The translations under genes were made by a program, and so were the position numbers. Shown here in pieces: positions 13,136 to 27,699 of a stretch of DNA of 64,000 nucleotides (positions within the stretch are counted from its first letter, which is position 1; every line of letters starts with the position of its first letter). Below the pieces are notes generated by a model. The model ran no database searches and was not told the DNA's origin. It worked only from the letters and a program-made list of their open reading frames with translations. This DNA comes from Octopus sinensis (Eukaryota). Location of the stretch: NCBI RefSeq assembly GCF_006345805.1, contig NC_043005.1, forward strand, positions 68,882,001-68,946,000, in the 5' to 3' direction.

Positions 13136-13719
13136 TACATCCAATAAATTTGTTTTATAATCCAAAATTACTTCGAATTTATTATGACGACTGCAGGCTT
13201 GACAAATCTGAAACTACCAAAAGCTGAATTAATAATTTCCCGAGGGTATGCTTCTTCTACAACTTCAAATATATTGAAAGTTAAGAGTGGAAAAATTCAA
13301 AGCGAGCTTCGCCAAAATCTCAAGTGCCTATCCTCACTTCTTTAAGATTCGCCTACCACACGGCTTTTTTCGCCATTACACACGGAGACACAAAATAATG
13401 TTGACATCTTGTTAAATGGACGTAATACGGATCGGATTTAGTCAACTTTTGGTGTCATTCACAGTTTTAACATGTCGAAAAACTGAATTGCTCTTACTGG
13501 TTCTAAAGAGATGCTAGGGAAATTGTGAGCCATTTTGATGTAATGACTACGTTGGTTCATTTGGTCTTGTAATTCCCGTTCCAAAATTCACTAAAAATGA
13601 TCGATTACAAAAATACGCAATGGTTTTGCATGTATTTTTGTGTGTATGTGTGTTTGTATGTGCGTGTGTGTGTTTGCATGTGTGTGAGTATGTGTGTGGT
13701 TGTGTATGTGTGTGTGTTC

Positions 13720-13995
13720 TCCACAGATGGTCAACGATGACAAACTCCCCCTGTGGGATGAAGTTAAATAAAAGACAGAGAACACCACTGGAAAATACGA
13801 AAACTAAAAGACGCAGCACGTATTCTAGGACATAATAACCTTCTAAGAAGACTGAGTGCAGATATGAACAGCATAAGGGCACCGGTATTAAGGAAGGATA
13901 GGAGAGTATTAGATTTATAGGCCCTAAAATCCACTCCATAATTGCAGAAGGGCATATGGCCTTCTTTTTAACTAACCCCAAGATTCCGAATTCAA
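13720..13995 (+). mobile_element. Penelope-like element 3' fragment (C-terminus of GIY-YIG endonuclease plus 3' UTR)
   Basis: PLWDEVK[fs]IKDREHHWKIRKLKDAARILGHNNLLRRLSADMN*, resembling the PLE endonuclease tail (WDEVKILDRE..W..RK.KEA). Confidence 0.7.
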
Positions 13996-14012
13996 TTCCA
14001 AGCAGTGACCTG

Positions 14013-14059
<47 letters not shown>

Positions 14060-14064
14060 TAATC

Positions 14065-14123
<59 letters not shown>

Positions 14124-14154
14124 AATACTACTACTACTAATAATAATAATAATA

Positions 14155-14195
<41 letters not shown>

Positions 14196-14206
14196 TAATA
14201 ATAATA
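13996..14206. repeat. (AAT)n microsatellite
   Basis: Direct reading. Confidence 0.95.
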
Positions 14207-14623
14207 AGGCGAAAGAATTTGACAGGCGAAAGAATTTGCAAGCTCAGAAAATATAAAGACTTGCTCATTGAAATTGAGAAAATGTGGCATCTCAAGGTTG
14301 TTACAATATCAGTGATCGTAGGAGCCCTAGGAATGATCAAGAAGGGAACCCAAAATTATATGAGAATGATCCCTGGCTTACCATCCCTGCAAGAAGTGCA
14401 AAGGATTGTCTTAACTGCTACATCACACGTATTGAGAAGAGCATTGTCGATGTGAGAACTATTACTACCCATGTATTTTAATTTAACTTTATTTCTATCA
14501 CAAAAAAAATTTACGAACTAGTGAGTTTAGTTTAATGGCCTACCAATGTATACAATGAGTTTCTTTGCCCTAGGAGTCGGGAAGACGCTCGGCAAGAAAT
14601 GGAAGCAAATTTGAAAGAAGAAA
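14207..14623 (+). mobile_element. 5'-truncated R4/Dong-type (RLE) LINE, copy 1
   Basis: KLRKYKDLLIEIEKMWHLKVVTISVIVGALGMIKKG…LQEVQRIVLTATSHVLRRALSM*, the restriction-like endonuclease C-terminus, then 3' UTR and (AAT)n. Confidence 0.8.
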
Positions 14624-14640
14624 CACCCATAAACAACAGC

Positions 14641-14728
<88 letters not shown>

Positions 14729-14733
14729 TTAAT

Positions 14734-15053
14734 AGTGCTCGTAGGAGCACTAGGAATGATCAAGAAGGGAACCGAAAATTATATGAGAATGATCCCTGGC
14801 TTACCATCCCTGCAAGAAGTGCAAAAGATTGTCTTAAGTGGTACATCACACGTATTGAGAAGAGCATTGTCGATGTGAGAACTGTTGCTGCTCTTGTATT
14901 TTAATTTAACTTAAAAAAAAATAAATAAATAAATAAACGAACTACTGAGTTTGGTTTAATGGCTTACCAATGTAAACTATGAGTTTCTTTGCCCTAGGAG
15001 TCGGGAAGACACTCGGCAAGAATTGGAAGCAAATTTGAAAGAAGAAAAAAAAA
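14734..15053 (+). mobile_element. 5'-truncated R4/Dong-type LINE, copy 2 (shorter)
   Basis: Closely similar to 14315-14623 including the 3' UTR (…CCCTAGGAGTCGGGAAGAC…AAATTTGAAAGAAG); flanked by (AAT)n on both sides. Confidence 0.85.
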
Positions 15054-15114
15054 GTAATAATAATAATAATAATAATAATCATAATAATAATAATAATAAC
15101 AAATACAACAACAA

Positions 15115-15300
15115 CATCGAAAATTAACTTTGGACTGAGAACCCAAGTTCGAAACATCTCCAAGACACCTGATGAAGGCAGGAGGGTATTTTAGCCGGAC
15201 CGTTGTTTTAACAACAAACAAGATGAGGACAAATAATATCCGTAATGTAAGTAATGTTAACAATGTACATAATTCTTCATCTCTTAAATATAGAACTGTA
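15115..15300 (+). mobile_element. Probable Penelope-like terminal (pLTR) segment with decayed hammerhead
   Basis: GACAC-CTGATGA-A-GGC…GCC-GGAC-CGTT-GT at 15164-15206: hammerhead layout with GAAA mutated to GGAC; same strand as and downstream of the GIY-YIG fragment. Confidence 0.5.
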
Positions 15301-15307
15301 TTATTAG

Positions 15308-16040
15308 GTAGCAGGTTAAATTTCCGAATACGCTCTCCTTCAGAGAGCTAATATGTCATGGATATATGCCTTCCTGCTCATATTTCAGCTGCAGCTGAGT
15401 AGGTGAATAGCGCCATACCTGACTCCAGACCTCCTAAATTAAATATGGTTAACTAGTTGTTTGCCCTCGGTGGAATGATGAACAATTGGCCCAGGATTAC
15501 TCACTGGGCAGGTGTTGCTTTGAAGTATCGAATACGCCGCTTTGAATTTCATATGACCTTAGAAGCTGAACAGAGGAGAGCAGCACATTAGGCAAGTGTA
15601 GCCATCACGACAGCTAACTTTTGTTTCTATGATTGGACCTGGTCTTTTCCAAACTTTTCATGAAGACTTCTAAAGGTGGCACTGTCTTTTGCTATCCTAC
15701 CGTTCACTTAATCAACAACGTGAACACTCTTTGACATTATACTTCTGAGGCGAATCTCTCAACAGCTTTGAGAGGTAAATTATTGATTGTCAGGAGTAGT
15801 TCGACGCAAGGTTTGCCTGGAGCTCCAAGCAAACCTTGCGTTGAACTACTCCTGACAATCAATAATTTACCTCTCAAAGCTGTTGAGAGATTCGCCTATG
15901 AAGTATAATGTCAAGTAGTTTTTCTGTCCACCATGACTATCTCAATCAGCATCAGCCTCAGGGGTTTTACATTTGACTAGACGTTTCATACCCTATTCAA
16001 TTTCACTAAGTGTAAGCGTATCACTCAATTGATGTCATGA
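15308..16040 (-). mobile_element. RTE-clade LINE relic with internal deletion and fold-back duplication
   Basis: Minus strand: QLSDTLTLSEIE*GMKRLVKCKTPEAD (16030-15950, pre-RT GKAPG.D region); then PGKPCVELLLTINNLPLKAVERF[fs]SIMSKSVHVVD*VNGRIAKDSATFRSLHEK (15822-15660), typical of post-RT RTE sequence. Confidence 0.75.
15731..15914. repeat. 184-bp spacerless palindrome (92-bp arms, 4 mismatches)
   Basis: Arms 15731-15822 and 15823-15914 are reverse complements; centre GGAG|CTCC. Confidence 0.95.
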
Positions 16041-17034
16041 TTCAAAAGCATATATAGTGTATATGGATAGAGAAACCTAAATGCCAGAACAATTTTGACC
16101 AACCTATATTGCCAATAGAGACAAAAAGATGTTATTCCATTATTTTGCCCAACAGATATATATGAAAAAGTAGTAATAGTCTTTTAGTGACATCCATTAT
16201 AATGTATCACTTATAACATTCATCATAAAAACATTTGCGAAAAAAAATCTAATTTTAATTTATTGATTCTGCAGGCAATGACTTTGAGAGTAAAAATGCA
16301 TATTTGAGACTAGAGAAGAAAACAAAATCTAAAGGGAGATTAGAGTAGAAGGGATGAATTTAAGCATTGGCATTTATAATTTCAAACAGATATTCGAAAA
16401 CTCGTCCTACTAATCAACGTTAATTATAAACATAAATATATATATGAAACTTTAAATACTGTACCAAAATTGAGATATTATCTTCCGTATTGTTTTGAAA
16501 ATAATAGAGATGCGACAAGCAATTGTGATGCAAAACGTTTGATTTGATTAGCAAATCCTGTGTAATATGGCTATCTGGGAAACTAATAATTGGAAAAAAA
16601 CAAAATGCTTCTAAATAGAGTTATGAATTTCAAGGCAACATTTTTCAATAACTCATATATTTGATATCTAAATATAATTCATAACATTTGAAAATTTGAG
16701 TATTTGACATGTTTATATTGTAATTAACATGATATGAGGTGGATACGGATAAACTGTTGGACTCATATTTTGAAGCCCATGCTTTTGTAAACATCGATAG
16801 CCTTTTTACACTGATCAAAATAGTGTACCAATCTGTACCATGGAAATTACGCTGAAGATCATTCATTGCACAAAAGGAAACCACTTGATATAGTAATCCT
16901 TATAATTGATTAAATAACTCCAATTAAATTAGAATTTTATAAACTTTGAATGAATAATCACAGATTAGGCAAGTCTATTCTATATCTAGAGAAGTATAAT
17001 TTCGTGTGCATTTTATGGAAGGAAAACAAAGCAA

Positions 17035-17376
<342 letters not shown>

Positions 17377-20250
17377 AATATTTTGGACTAATGGGTATAT
17401 GTTGATTAATGTTTTGGAGTGTTGAGTAGAGCACTGGTACACTTTGGGCTACCTGGTGTGATCTGCAGTCGGGGTATATTTCCGTTGGATCTATTTCAAG
17501 AATTCAGCTATGTTAGTTATGATGATAATAATAGTTTCTGAAGTAACGAGTTGGATTTAGTATTAATCTTTATTATGCACAACGGTCATCTCGACCCATC
17601 CTGCTATTGTCTCTTAGGAATGGGACTCCTTTCAACGTGTGTTGCATCGATTTTGAAGTCTGGGTCTCATCAGATACATCCATATATAACGTTATGTCTC
17701 GCTAAATACTCTGAGTTTTGGTCGTCAAGTTACTTTAAGCCGTCTTCTTAGAGAATGAAACGTCATTGCAATTTTCAATTACTACTATCTTTCTTCATTA
17801 AGAGTTGCAAACGCTTGTAATAATTCTTGTTCAAAAGAAAAATTGTAGGGTAAGTTAATAGATAGACAGTGAGGGCTTGAGTTACGTTGGATCTGAGATA
17901 GAGGAATGATACAAGAAGAAAGGATGAGTTACATTGACTCATCCCATAAATAATGCAGCATTTTCAATTACATGAACTAAAAATGGCAGCGGTAAGGGAT
18001 ACTTGTTGCAAGCATTCCCCATTCATCGATTAGATCCAAAAGTGTCCTTACGTACTAAAACCAACATTAGGGCGAAATTCCATGTTTCACATTTTTCCCA
18101 AACAGCCCAGGGCATATATTCATCTGCATGTGCATATATTTGTGTTTGCGTGTGCGTGTGTATATATAAATATATGTGTATATACAAATTATATATATAT
18201 TCTCTCTCTCTCACACACACATATATATACATATATTATTGCACGTACATATGAATATGTATATAGATATGTGTTTATATATATATCCATGCTCTCATAC
18301 ATACACACATAATTATATACATACATGCATACATATATACACACATATATATATAAGTATATGTTATTCATGCACATTAACATAATGAGATCCCTTCCTA
18401 CTCCATTTTAGTGCTGTGATCTCTTAGTCATCTTCGTTTCACTTGGTTACATGTTTGAACGGGGGTTTCTAGTCTAACTTATGCTTGAGATCTCACCATT
18501 CAGTTCATTAGCAAAATGTTCGTTTATAATCCGCTTCAGATTCAACTCACAACTATTAAAATTCGCTATACAAAAGTTACATCATCTGCGGTTTCAGTTT
18601 TATCCAGTGCCAAGCATTTTTCTTACTTGCAAAATGAATGTGGGATGAGTAGTTTGACAAACTACATGAACAGCAAATATACCTGTTATACACAAGTTAC
18701 AAGGTCGCTGACATACATTCATATATCAAAAATCTTATCTTAGGAACTGCGAAATGTCTACCTTCAAGCATGTATCAAACAGTTGATGTAATCTCGGACG
18801 AAACAAATACATTGAAGGCTCAATCGAGCCAACGAAATTTTTCCCAAAACTATTCTAGAATGCTCATGAAGAAAACACTTCCAAGATGACGGATAACATT
18901 CTATATGCATTCTGTGTTGGAAGATATTTTTAAACAAGTCTATTTCAGCAGATTAAACTGATGTCGGGCACTTCTGTTTCTTTAATAATTTATATTCACG
19001 GATTCACCAGCCGCTTACTAAACAAATTGTTTAAGTCTTTCACCCAAATTGTATCAAGAAAAGAAAGTGATGAAATGTATATCTACGTCTGGAATCTTTT
19101 ACTTCATATTGTATCTACTGATGGACAGATCGTATCAATGGCAGTGTAATTAAGGTCGAAGGTAGAGACATACTGACAACATGAAAACAAAGACAGAAAA
19201 AAGAAAAGAAAACAGATCAAAATTTTGATATTCGAATAGAAAGAAAGAAATACCTCATAAAAAGTAATTATTCTACTTAACAATTTTCTATTCACGATAA
19301 ATACTTTGTAATTTATTATTCACCATAAATCTCTTATTTAAATCGGACATACAGACGACTGTTTAAATAGTACGAAGAAAAGGAAATAAAAGTCTAAATG
19401 TATTTCAAATATTTAAAGAAATTAATTTCGTATAATGAATTTCTGTAGTATATTTATTTACATTTCAAATTTTATTAGGAACTAATATTCGTTTAATATA
19501 TTAAATGTTTATAATTAAATGGTGTTTGTAAAATTTTGGCGAAATATTACTTGAAAGGTTTTATTTCATAAATTTATCGGATTAATATTTCACTTTGGGA
19601 TGAAATTTCATTTTTAAAATTGTAAAATTAATAAAGTTACGAAGACGAAAGAAACTAATTGTTTTCAATGCAACATTTCCAATGGAAAATTTCTGTATAT
19701 CGCAATATTAAATATGATTCGAGGTTTACAATGCATTAAATTCAAAACGATTAATATTAAAATTTTTCACATAATTCGTATAATCTTATTCTTTTATGTA
19801 TAAACTATATTCTTAGGAACATGCATACAACTTTTCGGAATGCAATATATGTATAGTAAATATATATACATGCATATATACAAGCACAAGTCCGATTATA
19901 CACAGACAAACACACATAGAGTGTAATGCACATATTTATACATGATGCCAAAATTGGATGAAAGCAAGCTTTTGTGTTGCAAGTGTGCTTTTGTGTGTGT
20001 GTTTCAGTATGCCTGTTTAGCACTAATAAGTTTATATGCGTGTATATATTTGCGGTTATGTATTTCTTTTGCAAGATTCTGGATATGAAATCATATGTTG
20101 AAACAGGTGTTGTTACAATTGAAGGCGGTCATATTTTGCTAACTAAACACTTCCGCTTTATTATCATTATTTTAGTTTCTTTGTCATATGTGAATATATA
20201 CAGGTAACACATATGCATATATGCACTTATATGTATATTTATATGTATAT

Positions 20251-20300
<50 letters not shown>

Positions 20301-20595
20301 CTCTATCTACATATCTCACTATATATTTATCTATATACATATAACGATATATATGATATACATATATGCATAAGTATATACACATACATATATTTTATTT
20401 ATATATATGTACATTTAGATACGATGGGGCACTGAAAGTTCCTGGCGTTAATGTTATCTTGAAAGGCCTCATTGCTGACACAAACTTCCGAGTTCTTAAG
20501 CAGAATGATATCTGTAGTGTGTAAATCTATATATATACATATATATATATAAGTAAATATATATATGTGTGTGTCAGTGTTCATATAGATGTATA

Positions 20596-20763
20596 GGCGC
20601 GGGGGTGGTTGTGGAGTAAGTAGCTTGCTTACCAACCACATGGTTCCAGGTTCATTCCCACTGCCTGGAACCTTGGGCGAGTATCTTCTACTATAGCCTC
20701 GGGCCGACCAAAGTCTTATGAAAGGATTTGGTAGACGGAAACTGAAAGAAGCCCGTCGTAAAT

Positions 20764-20799
<36 letters not shown>

Positions 20800-21016
20800 A
20801 TGTATGTGTATACGTTTGTGATTATGTGTTTGTCTCCCCCAACATCGCTTGACAACCGACTGTGGTGTGTTTGCGTCCCTGTATATTATCGGTTCTGGAA
20901 AAGAGAACCGACAGAATAAGTACAAGGCGTGCAAAGATTAAGTCCTAGGGTCAGTTTGCTCGACTAAAGGTAGTGCTCCAGCATGGTGGCACTCAAAACA
21001 CTGAAACAATTAAAAG
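20596..21016 (+). mobile_element. SINE family A, near-complete copy
   Basis: Head GGCGCGGGGGTGGTTGTGGAGTAAG (A-box-like) and AGGTTCATTCCC (B-box-like), central (TA)(TG) tract, 3' part …GCTCCAGCATGG…CTGAAAC. Confidence 0.9.
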
Positions 21017-21045
21017 TGTGTGTGTGTATATATATATATACAGGC

Positions 21046-21078
<33 letters not shown>

Positions 21079-22134
21079 CAGACAGACAAACATATAGGGA
21101 GATAGAGAGAGAGAGAATGGCTCACATACATGTAAGTTTCTGTAAAAATGTGGTGTATGTATCCATTTGTTTGTAAAGACAGGATAATCTCCATTTCTTT
21201 TCATTCTCTTTACTTATTTTACACTTTTTGCTGAGGAGGTATCCTTTAGTCTTAATATAAACTTGCCAAGCACCGCTATATGCACGTTTAAGCACATCTT
21301 TTAGAATATTTGTTGTCGCAGTGTAAGTCCTTAGTTCATAAATGTTCCGTCTCTTTTTCACGTCACCAGTTATTTCGCTGTGTTTTGGCATAAAATATAT
21401 CTTAAAAACAGTTTCTTGAATTAAATTCGATATACTTCATTCTAGAAGAATATGAACTTATATTACGAATGCATTAGTAAAAATTATGAAATGATTTCGT
21501 TGGTGAAATATATTTTGTGTACTTTAATATCTGGCAGTAGAGAAGTTTACAGCTTTCTCAAGAAATGGACATACGTGTCAGCAACTGTATATCTGTAATA
21601 TGTGTTGAAGAGAGACACAATCATCACATATTTCACTCCTATAGCAAGTTGTAAGCCTGCAAAAACTTGCAACGTGAATATGACAATCATATTTAAAGAC
21701 GACGATTTACACAGGTTCAAAATTAGCAGAAACATGCATGCGTATCACATTCTCTTTTTATGTTATCTATATTCCTGACTCTCTTTACACTTATTTTCTG
21801 GTGGTGAATGCTGTAAAGAAGCACAAAATTTATTCTTTCCAAAGTAAATATAAGCAGGCGTAGAAATACAATAACAAATTCGGTTTTCAAAAATGTAACT
21901 CGCCCTAAGCTTTCGCTTATTATTTTAACAGATGTGAAATAAATACAGCGTTGAAGTGTAAAATTTTATGCGTGTAAAGTATTTTTAAATTGCGCTAACA
22001 CATCTAAAATTCAATTTAAGGAACGACATATTAAATTTCATTGAGTATTAAGTACGATGAAACGTATGATTACCTGATCCATAAAATATTTACATTTTAA
22101 CTATCCATGTATGTGCGAAATCCATAGCTGATAT

Positions 22135-22147
22135 CTATTATATATAC

Positions 22148-22225
<78 letters not shown>

Positions 22226-22329
22226 ATATATATATATGCACTCATATATATATATATATATATATATATGACTGTATGTGTGCGTGTACATATAAATCAA
22301 TATATATATATGTGTGTGTACATATATAA

Positions 22330-22387
<58 letters not shown>

Positions 22388-22446
22388 ATATCTAAACACA
22401 CACACACATATATATATATGTGTGTGTGTGTGTGTATATTAATATA

Positions 22447-22492
<46 letters not shown>

Positions 22493-22560
22493 CATGGATA
22501 GATATGCATATACATACGGATGTATGTGCATGTGTGTGCGTGTGTGTGTGTGTGTAAATC
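22135..22560. repeat. Compound (TA)/(CA)/(GT) microsatellite block
   Basis: Direct reading. Confidence 0.9.
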
Positions 22561-23019
22561 TGAATGTACATATGTGTATGGAAAGATGTATAAATCTTCA
22601 TTAGGAATTAATAGCCCTTGCAGCAAATTAGGAATCCAATGAATCTTAACGACCATTTTGGTTGTTATATTTATTACTTATCCTTACAACACGCTGTCAT
22701 TATCGCTCTTTTGATGCGCTCATATACGCAAATAACCAGCGTGTGCATACGTCCCTGAAATATGTATTCAGTGGCTATATTATAAATTTCTTGCTTACGC
22801 TTGCGTTTGACGCGTTTCCACAAGAGATGGCGTGATAATGTTTATTACAACATGTCGGTTATGTTATTTGGGATATGGATCATATTTTGGGGTCGTAATG
22901 GGATATATATACTTGATATCTCCAGAGCAATCAAGATTTATAATATTGAGTTGTTTTAATAATTTTACACACAAAACCATTATACGTTTCAGTTATCGAT
23001 CTCCTGATGACATTTAAAA

Positions 23020-23470
<451 letters not shown>

Positions 23471-23774
23471 TGAGAAAGAGAGCAGTTAGTTCTTTACTCA
23501 CTGTTAGGTAATTTATTAAACGTTAGTTACTGGTCGTATTCTTATAAGACTGTGTATAATTGTACATGCGCACACTGAAATACAGATGCATATATACATG
23601 TGAGGATATACGTTCGTCTCTGTATGGTTATAAGATGATGGGTGTTCAGGCATCGGTTGGTTTACAGTCAATGATATCTCTAGAAGTTTCTTCTCTCCAT
23701 TAAGACATCTACATTTAATCTTCTTGCTTATTACTCTAATTTCATGGTAAGTTTTTAAAAAAAATGATGTCCCT

Positions 23775-23960
23775 AATCAGTGGCACAGAATATTTTGTTT
23801 GGCTTTGTGATCCCATGCTAATCATCATGAACAGTTTCACGACGTACTTTGCATGACATCTTGAAAACGAAATTACTTCGTTCTTCAGCCAGGCAGTGAT
23901 GGGAATGTGATAATTTGGGCATATTTGAGGGAGAGGAATCAGAGGTCTCCTTCTTGCAAA
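23775..23960 (+). mobile_element. Heavily decayed Tc1-like transposase fragment
   Basis: QWHRI…HDILKTKLLRSS…QPGSDGNVIIWAY resembles the Tc1/Tc3 YWHDLRK…GGGSVMIWA segment. Confidence 0.45.
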
Positions 23961-25432
23961 TTCTCAGATTATATATGAGACAAAATTGTTGGTTAATCTT
24001 CCAAGATGTTGATGGTATTCAGAACAGCTTTGAGATACTAAGAACCTCATCTTAAGTGAGGACTTTGCACATTTGGAGCGAGGTCGTTCAGTAAAATATA
24101 ACCAAAGTTTGCTTGCCACATATATATTTCTTATTAGTTGGTCATATCACTTTTTTTTTATTATTTATTATATTAGGTTACAAAAGAAAAGAGCTTGATA
24201 TTCGAATTCAGGAAAACGTACTAGGGATTTTCCTATTTCTTCTGGCAAGGCGGAGGCTCAGAATTTAGCACTCCTACACTAGAAGTTAATTAAATCTTTA
24301 ATACAACAATCATCCAGGGACACGCAGCCAATGGGTGTTGGGACATTTAGGTTACTGCTGATAATAATGGCACTAAAAATCTATGTTGTCATAGATAACC
24401 ATATCGGTCTCAAATGTTCAGCATCGGTTCTGCTATTTCCTTATGGCGTCACTCATTTATTCACTGGATAACCCAATATTGGTGTTTCCAAGATGAAGCA
24501 TAGTTCTGGTGTCTTAAACACTTTCGTATCTGTTTCTCTTGTACATCACGAATATGCCTTTACCGATTTGACCGTTGCATTCTAATACAAATTTGTAGTT
24601 GAGGCATTAAGTAAACTGACTTTGGAGAGACGTCTAGTTAAAAATGGAATATGCCATGAGGTTTACTAAGAAATCATTACTCTGAAATTGCATGAACTTA
24701 ATAGTGCTGTCTCATAAGACGATGATATATGAGTGTAGAATGGCATGATGTTTTCTCTATAAAAGGGAAATTATGTCAGAATAACGTGTGGTAATCAGAA
24801 AGATATTGCTCTACACGTTTTAGCCTACTTAGATTTATTGTTTTTGAAAAACATTCCGAATTGTAATGAGTTTCACGTAGTTGACAATTAGCTAATAATA
24901 ATTTCAGAACTAATACAAGCCAGAAGTTGTATCAGCAGAGCATTCATACTTTCTGGTTTCATTGATCATATAAAGTTTTTACCTGTGAATTTGGCATCTT
25001 TGTGTAATATAATTTGTACTGTGTATTGTATAACTAGAAAATCTCTCGGTGTTAATATCATCATACAATTATATAGAAGGATAGTTTGACACCAGTAGTG
25101 TCTAATGCGTGCAACACCTCTAAATCTACACCACGTTTATTTTTATCGCAGATCAACTTTCTGTAGCCGTGTAATTTTTGGACATATATGGGAAATACGT
25201 AACTCCCGGTACTCTCTTCAATTTCTGTAGATTGGGATGCTAATTCGGAATACTTTCAGTCATCTGCATCTTCTTTATGATTAATTGTCAGTTGCATATA
25301 CAGCTAGAAGCTGGAATCTTCTCATGGAGTATATTTCTTCATCTTGTAAGTCATTTGGGCTCATAACTAAGGTGGACAATGACCTTGTGTCCATTGTCGC
25401 CATTGCATTTCACGTGTCTTATTTCTTCACGA

Positions 25433-25620
25433 GGAGACAGGCAGAAATGTTAGCAAGCCGGACAAAATGCTCAGCGGCATTTCGTCCATCTTTGCATTCA
25501 GAGTCCAAAATTCGACGAAGGGTGGCTTTACATTTTATATTTTCTAGGTTGATAAAATAAGTAGCAGTAGAAACTATGGAGTCGAAGACATTGACTACCC
25601 CACCCTCAAATTTTCTGACC
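25433..25620 (+). mobile_element. SINE family B copy
   Basis: GGCAGAAATGTTAGCAAGCCGGACAAAATGCTCAGCGGCATTTCGTC…TTGATAAAATAAGTAGCAGT matches family B. Confidence 0.75.
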
Positions 25621-26032
25621 TTGTGTCAACATATAAAACAAATATTTATATGTTATTATACACACACAAATTAGAGGTACATACACAACACACATATAAA
25701 AGCATACACGCGCATCTTCCTTTAAATTTTGTTCTAAGTGCTCATATCGAGTATTTTGTAATCGATTTGTTGCAACCGTGATATTTTCAACTTAAGACTT
25801 ATGCCCGTGTCCATAGCATAACTTTAACAGGACAATACCAGAAGTTGCTGTAAGATTCTAGATTTAACTGTCAATTCATTATCTTAAGCATTTTGTTCAA
25901 TCAAGTTGCCGAAGTAAGAAGCATTTTCTGAAAACCTGCGGCATATTTATCAATAAAATTGCTACAGTTGAATAAATATATTGATATACATATATACACA
26001 CACATATATATGTATATGTATGTGTGTATATA

Positions 26033-26100
<68 letters not shown>

Positions 26101-27199
26101 CACACATATAAATATATACTTAAGATTATACATATACACATATGATGTGTATATCTTTTTGTTTGCTTACATGGGGATAACCTAAATTTTGATACTAGCA
26201 ACATATCGATTAATCAATCTATGTTCTGACGGGAAACTGACTTAAATGATATGACAGCAATAATTTACCATGAAATATTATAAGATAACTTATTATAGTT
26301 AGTTAGGTTGTGGCGTTAATAGCCAGCACACCGTAAATGCGTTTTCCTACTAGGACCTATATAGATGTGCACCAAACGTGCTATAAGTCCAACAAAGTAA
26401 GAACAGCAATAATATGTAGATAAATGAGATTTTAGTATTAAATGATACGTTAGATAGATTTGATCGTTTCACCTTGTAACCTGTCGTACTAGAAGTTCAT
26501 TTTCAAATAGGTAGCATGGTTCTTGGTCAGACTTTATTTATGATTAATATCAGTGATAATAAGTAATTGACAGTTACAGCGAAGAAATTGATTTGAAAGC
26601 AGGATCTTTATTGTCGTTATTTAATGTGTTCCAAACGTATTTAGCGTGCACTTTTGTTCTTTGACTCAGCATATTCATTTAGCATCCATGCTTTGTTGTA
26701 GAATGGACAGAAAGTAATGTGTATAACTTAAAATATAAATAAATTCTAAGTTTTAGAAAGGCTAGATAGGTCGACTTAAAGATCGCTTGTATCTAGGAAC
26801 ACACAGTTTGATGGACATTTAGGACCTAATAAAGAACTCTTAAGGAACATTATCACTATTCTTTAATTCATATCTTAATGTGCTTTTGCATAAATTCAAA
26901 TATAGATATATATGCTTATGTATTCATAAATACACACATACAAACATGCAGTTAATTTCCTTGGTAATAATATGTAGACATCTCAGAATGGTTTCATATA
27001 TTATATATTTTATACTGTTTTTCATATATGTTTCATATATATAATAAACATTTTTCATATATTATATATTATAAATTTCTTACATCAATAAAAATGACTT
27101 ATTAAAGAACACTGTTATTTATAATCTCCTTTCTCATAAGATTGTTACATTATTCCACATTATTTTCCCTCGCGGATTAATTTTAATGTATCAATTGAA

Positions 27200-27690
27200 A
27201 CATATATCGGCGATATAAATGATTTAAAACAGTCTGAAGCAGTCGTCTGGTCTGTTGTTAAGAAAGTTAAATTCTATTGTTCCTCATTGAGGATTAAACG
27301 TTAGAGATATTTACATAATATTACCTAGGAAATTAACAGCATGGAAGGTCTACCTCTTCAATCGGATAAAACCGATGGCCTTGGTCACTTAATTAAGGAT
27401 TTTTACTTAAAATTACTCAGGAAGGAAATGCAAAATATATACAAGACTACTAGTAAAAGTGATTTTAGGAAAGCTAAACTGGAAGCAAAGAAAATTGTGG
27501 AGAGAAATATTAAGTACAAATGAAGACACAACCTTTAAATCCAATGCAACCCCTTTTTATTTTAAAAGACCTCAAACCTAACTTCTTCAATAACCCAACT
27601 CTCCGTCGTATATGTTCTTCCAGTTCTGATATCGGTATACTTAGCAAAAATATTCTTAATAAGTGTATTCCTTCTTTCACAAAGAAAAAG
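27200..27690 (+). mobile_element. Penelope-like reverse transcriptase N-terminal fragment
   Basis: SDKTDGLGHLIKDFYLKLL…YK…KLEAKKIV and LKDLKPNFFNNPTLRRICSSSSDIGILSKNILNK, matching the PLE motifs ADKT..Y and TLKDHKPNF.N.P.CRLI.P.KS.IG..SK.IL. Confidence 0.7.
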
Positions 27691-27699
27691 AAAACTTAA

